DNA of 64,000 bases from Opitutales bacterium (lineage in GTDB: Bacteria; Verrucomicrobiota; Verrucomicrobiia; Opitutales; PNEW01), in contig CBDANS010000006.1 in assembly GCA_965197745.1 (NCBI GenBank), forward strand, positions 32,001-96,000. The letters run 5' to 3'. The notes beneath the pieces were generated by a model that was not told where the DNA came from, did not search any database, and worked only from the letters and a program-made list of their open reading frames with translations. Shown here one piece after another: positions 10,605 through 20,151 of this stretch; the stretch's first letter is position 1, and every line of letters starts with the position of its first letter. Both the position numbers and the translations under genes were made by a program.

Positions 10605-12026
10605 ATGTCTAAGACTGTAAATGACGTAGAAAAACTGGCGAAAGAAGCTGGGATACAAATTGTAGACCTGAGATTTTGCGATCTGCCTGGAGTGTGGCAG
10701 CATTTCTCGATCCCTGTAGAAAGTCTCGATGAGGACCTATTCACTGAAGGTATTGGATTTGACGGCTCCAGTATTCGAGGATTTCAGCAGATTCAGGAAA
10801 GTGATATGGTACTCGTTGCCGATGCTGATTCAGCTTATGTAGACCCGGTTTTGCAGATCCCCACCCTGAATTTGATCTGTGATATTTTAGATCCGGTCAC
10901 GAGACAACCATACACCCGAGATCCACGTTACATTGCGAAAAAGGCTGAAAAATACCTGCAAAGTGAAGGAATCGCAGATGTCAGCTACTGGGGCCCAGAG
11001 CTTGAGTTTTATATTTTCGACGATGTCCGATTCGATCAGAACTCCCATTGTGGGTACTATTATGTCGACTCCAAGGAAGGCATCTGGAATTCCGGTCGAG
11101 AAGAATATCCAAACCTGGGATACAAACCGCGTCACAAGGAAGGTTACTTTCCTGTCCCGCCAACCGACTCATTACAGGATCTTCGCTCCGAAATGATCCT
11201 GAGGATGAAGGATGTAGGAGTCCCGGTTGAAGTACACCATCATGAAGTGGGCACTGCCGGACAAGGTGAGATCGATATGCGGTATGCTCCACTCAGAAAC
11301 ATGTGTGATAATGTTATGTATTATAAGTATATCATACGTAACATTGCGAAAAAATATGATAAGTCTGCGACTTTCATGCCCAAACCGATCTTTGAAGATA
11401 ATGGCACAGGAATGCATGTTCATTCAAGTTTGTGGAAAGGGGATACCAACCTGTTCTATGATGAAAAAGGATATGCGCAGGTGAGTGAAACCGCTAAGCA
11501 CTACATCGGCGGCCTTTTGAAGCACGCCCCCGCACTCCTGGCATTCACCAATCCTACCACGAATAGCTACAAACGACTGGTTCCCGGCTATGAAGCCCCG
11601 GTAAACCTGGTCTACTCCCAGCGGAACCGCTCCGCTGCCGTGCGTATACCACTCTATTCAAAAAGCGCGGCATCAAAACGAGTAGAATTCAGATGTCCTG
11701 ATCCATCCTGCAATATTTATCTCTGCTTATCTGCTATATTGATGGCTGGGTTGGATGGTATTCAAAACAAAATCGATCCTGGTGATCCTCATGATAAGGA
11801 CTTATATGATTTAGAGGCGGAGGAAGCCGAGAAAATAGCAAGCACGCCCGGTTCCCTCGGAGAGGTCCTGGATAACCTGGAGGCCGATCATGACTGGCTG
11901 CTTAAAGGTGATGTATTCACCTCTGATGTAATCGACACATGGATTTCATACAAACGTGAGCGTGAACTGGAACAGTTGAATTTAAGGCCTCACCCTTACG
12001 AGTTTCACATGTATTACGATTTATAA
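10605..12026 (+). CDS. glnA: Type I glutamine synthetase
   Basis: FDGSSIRG, HHHEV, FMPKP, NGTGMHVH, NSYKRLVPGYEAP and adenylylation-loop KDLYDL; strong RBS AGAGGAGG. Confidence 0.98.
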   Translation: MSKTVNDVEKLAKEAGIQIVDLRFCDLPGVWQHFSIPVESLDEDLFTEGIGFDGSSIRGFQQIQESDMVLVADADSAYVDPVLQIPTLNLICDILDPVTRQPYTRDPRYIAKKAEKYLQSEGIADVSYWGPELEFYIFDDVRFDQNSHCGYYYVDSKEGIWNSGREEYPNLGYKPRHKEGYFPVPPTDSLQDLRSEMILRMKDVGVPVEVHHHEVGTAGQGEIDMRYAPLRNMCDNVMYYKYIIRNIAKKYDKSATFMPKPIFEDNGTGMHVHSSLWKGDTNLFYDEKGYAQVSETAKHYIGGLLKHAPALLAFTNPTTNSYKRLVPGYEAPVNLVYSQRNRSAAVRIPLYSKSAASKRVEFRCPDPSCNIYLCLSAILMAGLDGIQNKIDPGDPHDKDLYDLEAEEAEKIASTPGSLGEVLDNLEADHDWLLKGDVFTSDVIDTWISYKRERELEQLNLRPHPYEFHMYYDL

Positions 12027-12050
12027 AATAAAACTGACCGATCACCTTCG

Positions 12051-12093
12051 AGGCCGGAATGGAATAATCAATTCCATTCCGGCCTGTTTTTTT
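12051..12093 (+). terminator. Intrinsic terminator after glnA
   Basis: 15-bp perfect stem AGGCCGGAATGGAAT/ATTCCATTCCGGCCT, 5-nt loop, then G and T7. Confidence 0.92.
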
Positions 12094-12141
12094 CCCCTGA
12101 AGAATACAGATCTGAATCGATCAGTAGATAAGAATCAGTGC

Positions 12142-13335
12142 TTATAAGCCGTTTTCTATTATAAGCTGAAGCAATCCCTGGCTGAATCCATTACAGGCAG
12201 GCCAATTTTGCCCATCGGTAATTTCGGTTCCTGCCAGATAAGCGTTTAAATCGCGGGGCATATCACCACAATACCAATGGAACCAATAGGGGAATAATGG
12301 CCTGGATGTGTGAACTGCAGCCAAGGGTAGTAATACATCGCATAGCAGCGTGTTCAGTCTCGTTGAGGAGAAACATCCGGCTAAAATATGATTTTGAAGA
12401 TGAAGCTTTAGGGATTTTAAATCATGTTCCCTTCGGAAATGTCTGATATCGTCCTCATCTCCAGATAATTGTGGTAAATCGCTGAACCCGTGCTTTATTA
12501 ATTCCGCCCAATGGGGAGCTTTCTCAAGAAGGGACAGATATTGCCGGATACGAGCAAGCGGGTGATTAGCCGGTCGCAATCCGGCGAGCTTCCACCTGTT
12601 TATTTCGAAATTAAAATAGTATTCGGCCTGTTCATTCATATCTCGCATTTCTTCCAGAGGAAAACGAATAGCCAGATCAAACATCGCAGTTCGGTTACGG
12701 CGATAACCCAATACCTCCAGGAATAACTGATGACATGTTTCCTGCCACCCGTTACTCATCAATCGATTTTCAACCTGTTTTTGCTTACGCTCCCACCGCA
12801 GACAGGCTTTCTCCTTCAACAGGCACCGCTGTTTACTTTTAGACTTTCCTATCAAGGGAAGAAAATCGTCGCTTCTGTCACGATTGTCTTCCCTTAACAA
12901 AGCATCCTCCAAAGCGTATTCTTCTATATCTTGAGAGAGCACGGGCAAAAGAACAAATGTCGGAATAATGTCACCTGATGGGTTCCTCAGAACGTGATTT
13001 TCAACAGCAGGTTCAAAGAGTACGACATGGAGAATGACATTTTCAAATTGAGGATTTATATCGTGATGGTGATAATTCCAGTCCTGTGTGTAAAAGTGAA
13101 CTTCTACATCCCCAAAGCTTCTGCGCCCGTCAATGTCGAGCTCCGCATGCTTAAAGTCGGGTCCCTCCTGCTGGTTCCACGTTCCTGGAGATAATATCTT
13201 GAGGCGAGATCCACTGGTAGTTCTCAGATTATTATGGCTGAAATCACCCCTTAACCAAATTTTTTGCAATAGCTCTTCAGAAATAGAAACAGGGCCGTAT
13301 AGTCCCTGAATTTCTTCTATTTCTATAACATTCAT
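12142..13335 (-). CDS. DUF2851 family protein
   Basis: WNQQEGPDF, GDVEVH, WNYHHHD...VILHVV, LGYRRN and RPANHP motifs. Confidence 0.85.
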   Translation of the reverse strand: MNVIEIEEIQGLYGPVSISEELLQKIWLRGDFSHNNLRTTSGSRLKILSPGTWNQQEGPDFKHAELDIDGRRSFGDVEVHFYTQDWNYHHHDINPQFENVILHVVLFEPAVENHVLRNPSGDIIPTFVLLPVLSQDIEEYALEDALLREDNRDRSDDFLPLIGKSKSKQRCLLKEKACLRWERKQKQVENRLMSNGWQETCHQLFLEVLGYRRNRTAMFDLAIRFPLEEMRDMNEQAEYYFNFEINRWKLAGLRPANHPLARIRQYLSLLEKAPHWAELIKHGFSDLPQLSGDEDDIRHFRREHDLKSLKLHLQNHILAGCFSSTRLNTLLCDVLLPLAAVHTSRPLFPYWFHWYCGDMPRDLNAYLAGTEITDGQNWPACNGFSQGLLQLIIENGL

Positions 13336-13342
13336 ATTTAAG

Positions 13343-13840
13343 TCAATGGGAGCGTTTCCAAAGTTTATCAGATTTTTCTCTTATCCGCTTTAAGCTCTCG
13401 GTTTGCCCGCGTTGGCAGGCGTGGATCCAATCTTCCAGAGCGTCAGGACTGAGGGTGCAAGCGCCGAACGCGCTGACCGTTTCACGAATCATATTATCAC
13501 GGCTTACGACAATAATACTCTCAGGGGTTTTTGCTTTAGCTACAAACTGTTCGATTATCTTATCCGCAGATACCCCGCTGGGTGTAAAAAGAAAAGAAAA
13601 GGTGTTTTCGCTCGTAGGGCGCTCCATCTTAATCTCTTCGCCGCGACCGTCAAAAATAATAGTCGTACGGATACCCTCTAAATCGTGAATAATACGAACT
13701 GTCTCTCCTAAATGAGCCCTGGCAGCATCCAAATTAACGCCCAACATCTTTTTTAATACTGGCCAGGTATGAAGAAGATTGTAGCCGTCAATAAGGAGGT
13801 GTTCGCATTCCAGCACAATCACAACATTCGATGCACACAA
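13343..13840 (-). CDS. NYN-domain (YacP/Rae1-like) RNase
   Basis: LIDGYNL, IIFDG, SADKII and VVSRD acidic PIN/NYN motifs; start uncertain. Confidence 0.85.
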   Translation of the reverse strand: MCASNVVIVLECEHLLIDGYNLLHTWPVLKKMLGVNLDAARAHLGETVRIIHDLEGIRTTIIFDGRGEEIKMERPTSENTFSFLFTPSGVSADKIIEQFVAKAKTPESIIVVSRDNMIRETVSAFGACTLSPDALEDWIHACQRGQTESLKRIREKSDKLWKRSH

Positions 13841-14148
13841 GATTGCCGCTGCAAGCAGAAATTAATTTCTGACGCTGTTAGATAACAATATTCCAGAATA
13901 TTGAAATAACCGGGCTGATATTAAAGTTAGATAGGGTTCACAACTCGATCTATGAACCCGTAAACCCCTCTGGAATCCAGACTCAGCTATGGGGGAACTC
14001 GCCTGTTAAATGAGCAACTGGGTCCTCTAATTATCAATTAAATAAGGGGAAATTGAATACTTGACGGACAATGCGTAGTGGCGTAATTAACATGAATAAT
14101 AATTTGTATTTAACAGCTTTCTTACTATAGATTCAGGAATAGACTTTT

Positions 14149-14328
14149 ATGGGTGCACCGAAGCGTAGACATTCTAAGCAAAGAAGCCGAAAAAGACGCG
14201 GCGCAAACCGTTTCAAATCGCCATCCCTGGCGAAGGATTCGGTAGATGGCACTATGCACAGACCGCACCGGGTGAATCCGGCCAACGGGATGTATCGAGG
14301 CCGTCAAGTTGTCGACGTGACGGTCTGA
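14149..14328 (+). CDS. rpmF: 50S ribosomal protein L32 (Cys-free form); absent from the ORF track
   Basis: [59 protein letters not shown], directly upstream of plsX. Confidence 0.97.
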   Translation: MGAPKRRHSKQRSRKRRGANRFKSPSLAKDSVDGTMHRPHRVNPANGMYRGRQVVDVTV

Positions 14329-14386
14329 GTTTCTGCTTAAATTTAGGAATTAAAAAACCGGGAGGCATATACTAGCCTCAACTATT

Positions 14387-15460
14387 ATGGGAACCGATAA
14401 AGCTTTCGGCACTATAGCCGTTGACGCCATGGGTGGTGATCTCGGCCCCGCAGAGGTTGTCCGCGCGGTTAAAATGGCCTTGGATAAATTGGAAAACCTT
14501 GCCAGTATCGTAATTGTCGGCGATGAAAGGCGTTTAGAGCGGTTGGTCAAGGGTGCAGGGTTAAGTGATGACCCTCGACTGAGTATTTTCCCTGCGTCAG
14601 AAGTAATTGGCATGGAGGAAAAACCTATTCAGAGTCTGAGACAAAAAAAAGACTCCTCCCTTGTCCGAGCCGTTGAGATGGTAAAAGATGGAAAATGCCA
14701 GGCCGCAGTAAGCTGTGGTAATACGGGAAGTCTTACGGCTTGTGGCACTATAAAGTTACGCCCTATGGCAGGCGTGGAACGCCCGGCCCTTGCGACGATT
14801 ATCCCGAGCAAAGACCATCGCTTTATCCTTATTGATGCAGGGGCAAATCCTACAGCTAAAGCTGAACACCTCGTCCACAATGCTATCCTCGGAAATCATT
14901 ATTGTAAAGTTGTCCTCAACAAGGAACAGCCCCGTATCGGATTACTCAGCATCGGAACGGAAGAAACCAAAGGAAACGAATTGACTCATGATACCCATCA
15001 GCTACTTAAACAGCTAAATGGCCCTATTTTAAACTACTGTGGGTTAATTGAGGGACTGCAAGTTTTCGATGACAGCGTTGATGTCGTTGTATGTGACGGA
15101 TTTATTGGAAATATATTGCTGAAAACATGTGAGGGCCTCTTTGATATGATCCAGAATTTTCTCAAGGAAGAGATCAATAAAGATCCTATTCGTTTAGCGG
15201 GAGCTATTCTGGCCCAGGGCGCCTTCAAAAATGTTAAAAAACGACTGGATCCTGAAAGATACGCAGGCGCTCCTTTACTGGGGTTGCGTGGACATGTGCT
15301 TAAAACTCATGGAGGAAGTAATCGTAATTACATTATGAGCGCCATTCGTATAGCTTCCCAGATTGTGAATCACGAACTGAATTCACAAGCGTTAGCAGAC
15401 ATTGAATGGGCAAATCAGATAATCAGGCCTAGCGAGGTCAAGGCCCTCACACCGGGCTGA
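14387..15460 (+). CDS. plsX: Phosphate acyltransferase PlsX
   Basis: IAVDAMGGD, GNTG, RPAL, DAGAN, DGFIGNI and GAPLLG; rpmF-plsX-fabH synteny. Confidence 0.97.
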   Translation: MGTDKAFGTIAVDAMGGDLGPAEVVRAVKMALDKLENLASIVIVGDERRLERLVKGAGLSDDPRLSIFPASEVIGMEEKPIQSLRQKKDSSLVRAVEMVKDGKCQAAVSCGNTGSLTACGTIKLRPMAGVERPALATIIPSKDHRFILIDAGANPTAKAEHLVHNAILGNHYCKVVLNKEQPRIGLLSIGTEETKGNELTHDTHQLLKQLNGPILNYCGLIEGLQVFDDSVDVVVCDGFIGNILLKTCEGLFDMIQNFLKEEINKDPIRLAGAILAQGAFKNVKKRLDPERYAGAPLLGLRGHVLKTHGGSNRNYIMSAIRIASQIVNHELNSQALADIEWANQIIRPSEVKALTPG

Positions 15461-15562
15461 GGAACTTCACAAAGATGACGGATGTCTAACTGGGATGCAC
15501 CTTGACACACTATCACTTTAACTTCTTTTTGATAGATTCTTTATGTCTAAATTTGCCGCCTA

Positions 15563-16564
15563 ATGAATGGGTCTAACACAGCAATCATCATCAGAGGTAT
15601 AGGCTCATATGCTCCTGCTCGGATATTATCCAATGAGGAGATATCCAAGTTTGTTGACACTTCAGATGAGTGGATCCGAACACGATCGGGTATAAGTGAA
15701 AGGCGGATCGCAGCCGACGATGAAAAATGCTCCGATATGGCCGTTAAGGCATCGGATGAAGCCATCAAGATGGCGGATTTAAAACCAGAAGAAATTGACA
15801 TACTTATTGTAGCAACGATGACCCCAGACATGATAACTCCCTCTACTGCTTGTCTGGTCCAAAATAAACTGGGATTGCGAAATATTCCCAGTTTCGATGT
15901 GGGCGCCGCTTGCACTGGATTTCTATATGGTCTGGGGATAGGGAGCGATATGCTCAAGGCAAATTCCTACCATAATGCGCTGATTATTGGAGCGGAAAAG
16001 ACTTCAAGTATCCTCGACTGGGAAGACCGGTCCACCTGTGTTTTATTTGGCGATGGAGCAGGAGCAGCAGTGCTGAGCCGTTCTGAAGGAACGCCGGGTA
16101 TAGGCATTCTCGAAACGGTTATGGAGGCCGATGGATCGGATTCCAATATATTAAATATGCCAGGAGGCGGCAGTAATTGCCCGGCAACAGAACAGTCCGT
16201 AAAAGAACGAAAACATTATTTAAAAATGGCGGGACGCGAAGTTTTTAAAGCCGCAGTAAGCGTTATGGAAAAAAGCGCCCGTGATATACTTAAAAAATAT
16301 AATCTCACTGCAGAAGACATAAGCTGCGTTATTCCGCATCAGGCCAATATAAGAATTATCGATTTACTTTCCTCTCGCCTGGGGATTAGAAGAGAAAAAT
16401 TTTACATTAATCTCGATCGTTACGGAAATACTTCCGCAGCGTCAGTCCCCCTTGCCTTGGATGAAGCTATTAGATCGGGTCGCATCAAAAAAGGTGACTA
16501 TGTTTTATTAATGGCTTTTGGTGCCGGTTTGACTTGGGCTGCATCATTAATAAAATGGCATTGA
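15563..16564 (+). CDS. fabH: Beta-ketoacyl-ACP synthase III
   Basis: DTSDEWI, AACTGF, PHQAN, GNTSAAS and FGAG. Confidence 0.97.
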   Translation: MNGSNTAIIIRGIGSYAPARILSNEEISKFVDTSDEWIRTRSGISERRIAADDEKCSDMAVKASDEAIKMADLKPEEIDILIVATMTPDMITPSTACLVQNKLGLRNIPSFDVGAACTGFLYGLGIGSDMLKANSYHNALIIGAEKTSSILDWEDRSTCVLFGDGAGAAVLSRSEGTPGIGILETVMEADGSDSNILNMPGGGSNCPATEQSVKERKHYLKMAGREVFKAAVSVMEKSARDILKKYNLTAEDISCVIPHQANIRIIDLLSSRLGIRREKFYINLDRYGNTSAASVPLALDEAIRSGRIKKGDYVLLMAFGAGLTWAASLIKWH

Positions 16565-16569
16565 GAACC

Positions 16570-18117
16570 ATGCGACGATTAATTTCTGGTGCTGCCCTCT
16601 TCATTCTAATTTCAGGTCATTCATTTCAATTGACCTATGGTTTCCTACGGGGAAAGGAAGGGGGGAAATCCAAAAATGCTCCCCTGGAAGTTCAAAATGA
16701 AGAGGCGATGGAGATTATGGAGATGGCCAGCCTCGCTCAGCAGAAAAAAAAATATAAAGAAGCCCTCGACCTGTATAAACAAATCTACAAAAAATATCCT
16801 GCCAGCTATTACTCTCCCGAAGCATATTTTCAATCAGGAGAAATCTATTTAGCTCAAAACAATCTGAAAAAGGCTTTCCAATCCTATAATTTCTCTATCG
16901 TCCGACACCCTGATTTTCCCAGATTTAATGAAGTTCTCGAAAAACAGTTTTTCATCGGCGATAAAACAATGCAGTCCAAAAGCGGACAGTATTTTCATAT
17001 CGTTAAGTTCCACAATTATGACGCCGCTATAACATATTTTGAGACCATTATCGGAAACGCACCCTATAGTGAGTATGCGCCAAGATCACTAATGAAAATA
17101 GCTATCATGCATCGCAAGCAAAAGCAGGAAGCTGAAGCTATAGATGCACTCGATCGTCTTATTAGTTTTTATTCGTTTAGTGATGTTGTTCCTGATGCTT
17201 ATCTTGAATTGGCTGATACTTTCAGTTCAATGGTCGCCGGTCCAGATTACGATCAGGGTGCGACTCGTGAAGCCATCAGTTACTATCGCGACTTTTTAAT
17301 ATTATTTCCTGACAGTGATTTAGTAGCTGAAGGTGAAGAAAAAATGGCAGAAATGCATGATATCCATGCCAGGAGCAAATTTGTTATAGGGGAATATTAT
17401 TTCAAACGCCACGCAAATTACCACGCCGCTGAGGTCTTCTTTAACGATGCCATTACGGTATCGCCAAATTCACCCACCGCTCAGAAAGCGCGTACATACC
17501 TCACAAAAATTGAAACCTTAAAAAATGAATTGGGGATAGAAGAAGACGATGAAATATTCGCATCTATGGAGGAGAAAAAACCAGTTCGTTTAAAGTTCTT
17601 GAATAAAAACAAAGACATTGAAGATAAACAAAGTTCTCAAGAAGATAAGGATACAACCGGCTTTAAACTATTTAGCAAAAAAGGCGATGCGGATGATAAG
17701 CCGGTCGTTAAAGATGTGGACACAACGGATAGCTTTCAGACTATGATAAAAGACGAGGAAAAGGAAGACACTCCGGTAGCTGAAGAAAAGAAAAATTTCA
17801 TGCATTTAGGATTATTCAAAAAAAAAGAAACCCCTGAAGTGATGCCGGTCGCTAACGAAGAGACAAATACAGAAAACTTAGAACCATCAATTGAAAACCA
17901 AAAGGGAGAAGAGCCTATTGCGACGACCGAGGAGAAGAAACAGGCACGGTTAAGAATATTTAATAAAAAAAATAATTCTGAGGATAACCTGGTCATTAAA
18001 GAGGAGAAAAATCCGATTCGCCTGAGACTATTTAATAAGAACCGAAACATGGAAGATGATATAAATCAGATGGAGGATACTCACATTAATTCATTAAAAG
18101 ACGAAGAGGCTAATTAA
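16570..18117 (+). CDS. bamD: BamD-like TPR outer-membrane assembly protein with a long charged repetitive tail
   Basis: TPRs, YDQGATREA...FLILFPDS and IGEYYFKR; translationally coupled to lptE. Confidence 0.7.
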   Translation: MRRLISGAALFILISGHSFQLTYGFLRGKEGGKSKNAPLEVQNEEAMEIMEMASLAQQKKKYKEALDLYKQIYKKYPASYYSPEAYFQSGEIYLAQNNLKKAFQSYNFSIVRHPDFPRFNEVLEKQFFIGDKTMQSKSGQYFHIVKFHNYDAAITYFETIIGNAPYSEYAPRSLMKIAIMHRKQKQEAEAIDALDRLISFYSFSDVVPDAYLELADTFSSMVAGPDYDQGATREAISYYRDFLILFPDSDLVAEGEEKMAEMHDIHARSKFVIGEYYFKRHANYHAAEVFFNDAITVSPNSPTAQKARTYLTKIETLKNELGIEEDDEIFASMEEKKPVRLKFLNKNKDIEDKQSSQEDKDTTGFKLFSKKGDADDKPVVKDVDTTDSFQTMIKDEEKEDTPVAEEKKNFMHLGLFKKKETPEVMPVANEETNTENLEPSIENQKGEEPIATTEEKKQARLRIFNKKNNSEDNLVIKEEKNPIRLRLFNKNRNMEDDINQMEDTHINSLKDEEAN

Positions 18118-18686
18118 TGAATACAAACTTAACGGCTCATAAAAATAATGGCACGATTAAGGATCCCCATAAGAAGCAAAACCTGGCTAAGCTCTTAATT
18201 ATATTATTAACCACGCTTGGTATTTTTAGTGGTTGCGCGCAATACCACCTGGGTCAGTCTGTTGACGCGCCCTTTAGAACAATCTACATCGAACCTGTAA
18301 CTAACCGCTCATTCGCACCGCAGGCACAGGCTTTGCTTACGGAAAACCTCATCGAGGCTTTTTTACGTGATGGCACTGTGCGCGTTGTTGATAAAGACCA
18401 GGCAGAAGCCACTTTGCATGTGACTATAACTCGCTACGATCGCGAAATTACGGCCAGACAACAGGACGACACTGTTCTTGGGCGCACTTTTGGAGTGACT
18501 TTAGAGGCCCAGGTCTCACTTCTCGATAATCTCAATGGTAATATATATTTTACGAGGAGAACGCTCTCTGCCAACGACCATGTTTTCATCGACGGAGGGC
18601 TGCCACAGACCGAATATCAAAATATTCCTGTGCTCACACGCAGCCTCGCTCAAAAAATCAAGAACACCGTGGTCAGCGTGTGGTAA
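18117..18686 (+). CDS. lptE: LptE-family LPS assembly lipoprotein
   Basis: Lipobox FSG-C, YHLG, TIYIEPVTNRS and C-terminal LAQKIKNTVVSVW. Confidence 0.8.
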   Translation: MNTNLTAHKNNGTIKDPHKKQNLAKLLIILLTTLGIFSGCAQYHLGQSVDAPFRTIYIEPVTNRSFAPQAQALLTENLIEAFLRDGTVRVVDKDQAEATLHVTITRYDREITARQQDDTVLGRTFGVTLEAQVSLLDNLNGNIYFTRRTLSANDHVFIDGGLPQTEYQNIPVLTRSLAQKIKNTVVSVW

Positions 18687-18803
18687 GAGAAAAGTTTTCC
18701 GGGCTCGCCCTGGCCATATATTGGCAAACAGGCGAACACAATTGGCACCATTAAAGACCGTTAATATATTCTGTAAGTATACCCATATAACATTCTTTCA
18801 TAA

Positions 18804-19466
18804 ATGAGCGCGAATGAAATTATTCTGGCCCCTTCTATCCTTGCCGGTGATCATGCCAACCTCGAACACAGCGTGAAGATCATTGAAGCCAGTGGATTAC
18901 GTTGGGTTCACCTCGATATCATGGATGGGCATTTTGTTCCCAATCTTACTTTTGGTCCTCAGACCCTGAACGATTTACGCACTAAAAGCTCCTTGTTTTT
19001 TGACACCCATCTCATGCTCGATCAGCCGCAACATTATGTAGAATCATTTGCCCGAGCCGGTGCTAACCTCATAAGCATTCATATCGAACCCGATTTCCCT
19101 ATTCAGGATACCCTCATGCAAATAAGAGATTTAGGATGCAAGAATGGAATTGTGCTTAATCCCGACACCGACTGCAATTCCCTGCTCCCCTATATTGAAG
19201 CCATCGATCTTGTGCTCGTGATGACCGTCAAACCCGGATTTGGTGGTCAAACTTTTCGCGAAGACATGCTCGAAAAAGTGGAAACCATAGATTCATGGCG
19301 TAATGAGCGTAATTTGGACTTTCGCCTCGAGGTTGATGGGGGCATTAATCTCGAAACCGGTCTAAAATGTCGTCAACGGGGGTGTGATACTTTTGTCGCG
19401 GGGTCCGCATTTTTCTATGCCGATGATAAAAAAAGGTTTGCTGAAAATTTTAAAAATTTTACTTAG
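18804..19466 (+). CDS. rpe: Ribulose-phosphate 3-epimerase
   Basis: APSIL, HLDIMDGHFVPNLTFG, DTHLM, MTVKPGFGGQ and VDGGIN. Confidence 0.97.
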   Translation: MSANEIILAPSILAGDHANLEHSVKIIEASGLRWVHLDIMDGHFVPNLTFGPQTLNDLRTKSSLFFDTHLMLDQPQHYVESFARAGANLISIHIEPDFPIQDTLMQIRDLGCKNGIVLNPDTDCNSLLPYIEAIDLVLVMTVKPGFGGQTFREDMLEKVETIDSWRNERNLDFRLEVDGGINLETGLKCRQRGCDTFVAGSAFFYADDKKRFAENFKNFT

Positions 19467-19518
19467 GAATAAACCTTTTATATTATTTTAATCATTCCCA
19501 TAGGCGCAGCCCTTCGTC

Positions 19519-19908
19519 TTGAAAACTAAATTAACAGCCCTTCTTCTTATTGCCGCACTGTGTGTGTCGCATGGCGGTCACCTTCTCATGCTCCAGTACT
19601 ATGGATGGGGCTTAATGCTTAACAACTTTCTATCCTCTACACAATCGATCGAACAGGCCGTAGAGATGACTTTCAGTGGAGACTACGCCTGCGATATTTG
19701 TAATATTGTGTTCGAGGGCCTCGAAGATAATAAAGAAGATAAGGCCATGGATGATTATCTCGTCCTTGAAAACAAACCGATCATCCTTGGGTTAGAATCA
19801 AGATTCAGCCTCGTCTTCCCAGAAAATTACCGTCGTATAATTGAATCTCGAAATGATTCTTTCAATCTGCGATTTGAGGCACCCCCACTTCAGCCTCCGC
19901 GGGTATAA
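19519..19908 (+). CDS. DUF2946-like small protein (hydrophobic N-terminus, CxxC, Pro-rich C-terminus)
   Basis: Signal/TM segment, GDYACDIC and terminal EAPPLQPPRV. Confidence 0.7.
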   Translation: MKTKLTALLLIAALCVSHGGHLLMLQYYGWGLMLNNFLSSTQSIEQAVEMTFSGDYACDICNIVFEGLEDNKEDKAMDDYLVLENKPIILGLESRFSLVFPENYRRIIESRNDSFNLRFEAPPLQPPRV

Positions 19909-20151
19909 TATAAAAACGGAAATTCCCGTTATTTTCGGACGCGAAGGGGCTCTCTCTTAGATTAAGGATAAATAATCCTTAGTCCGCTGTCAGTGCGTTG
20001 AATTTATTGAAGCGCTGAAAGCAAGATGGAATCAACTCCATGCCGTAACCGAACCGATAAGGAGGACTCTACCCTTATTTAGATATCTATTAACACTCCC
20101 CTATGATCCAAACGAACATACAAGCCTGAAATATAATTTACGTGCCCTAAA

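Noticed and set aside
13915..14036. 6S RNA or c-di-AMP/TPP/SAM riboswitch assignment
   Set aside because: Length and motif order do not fit by eye; kept only as an unnamed candidate
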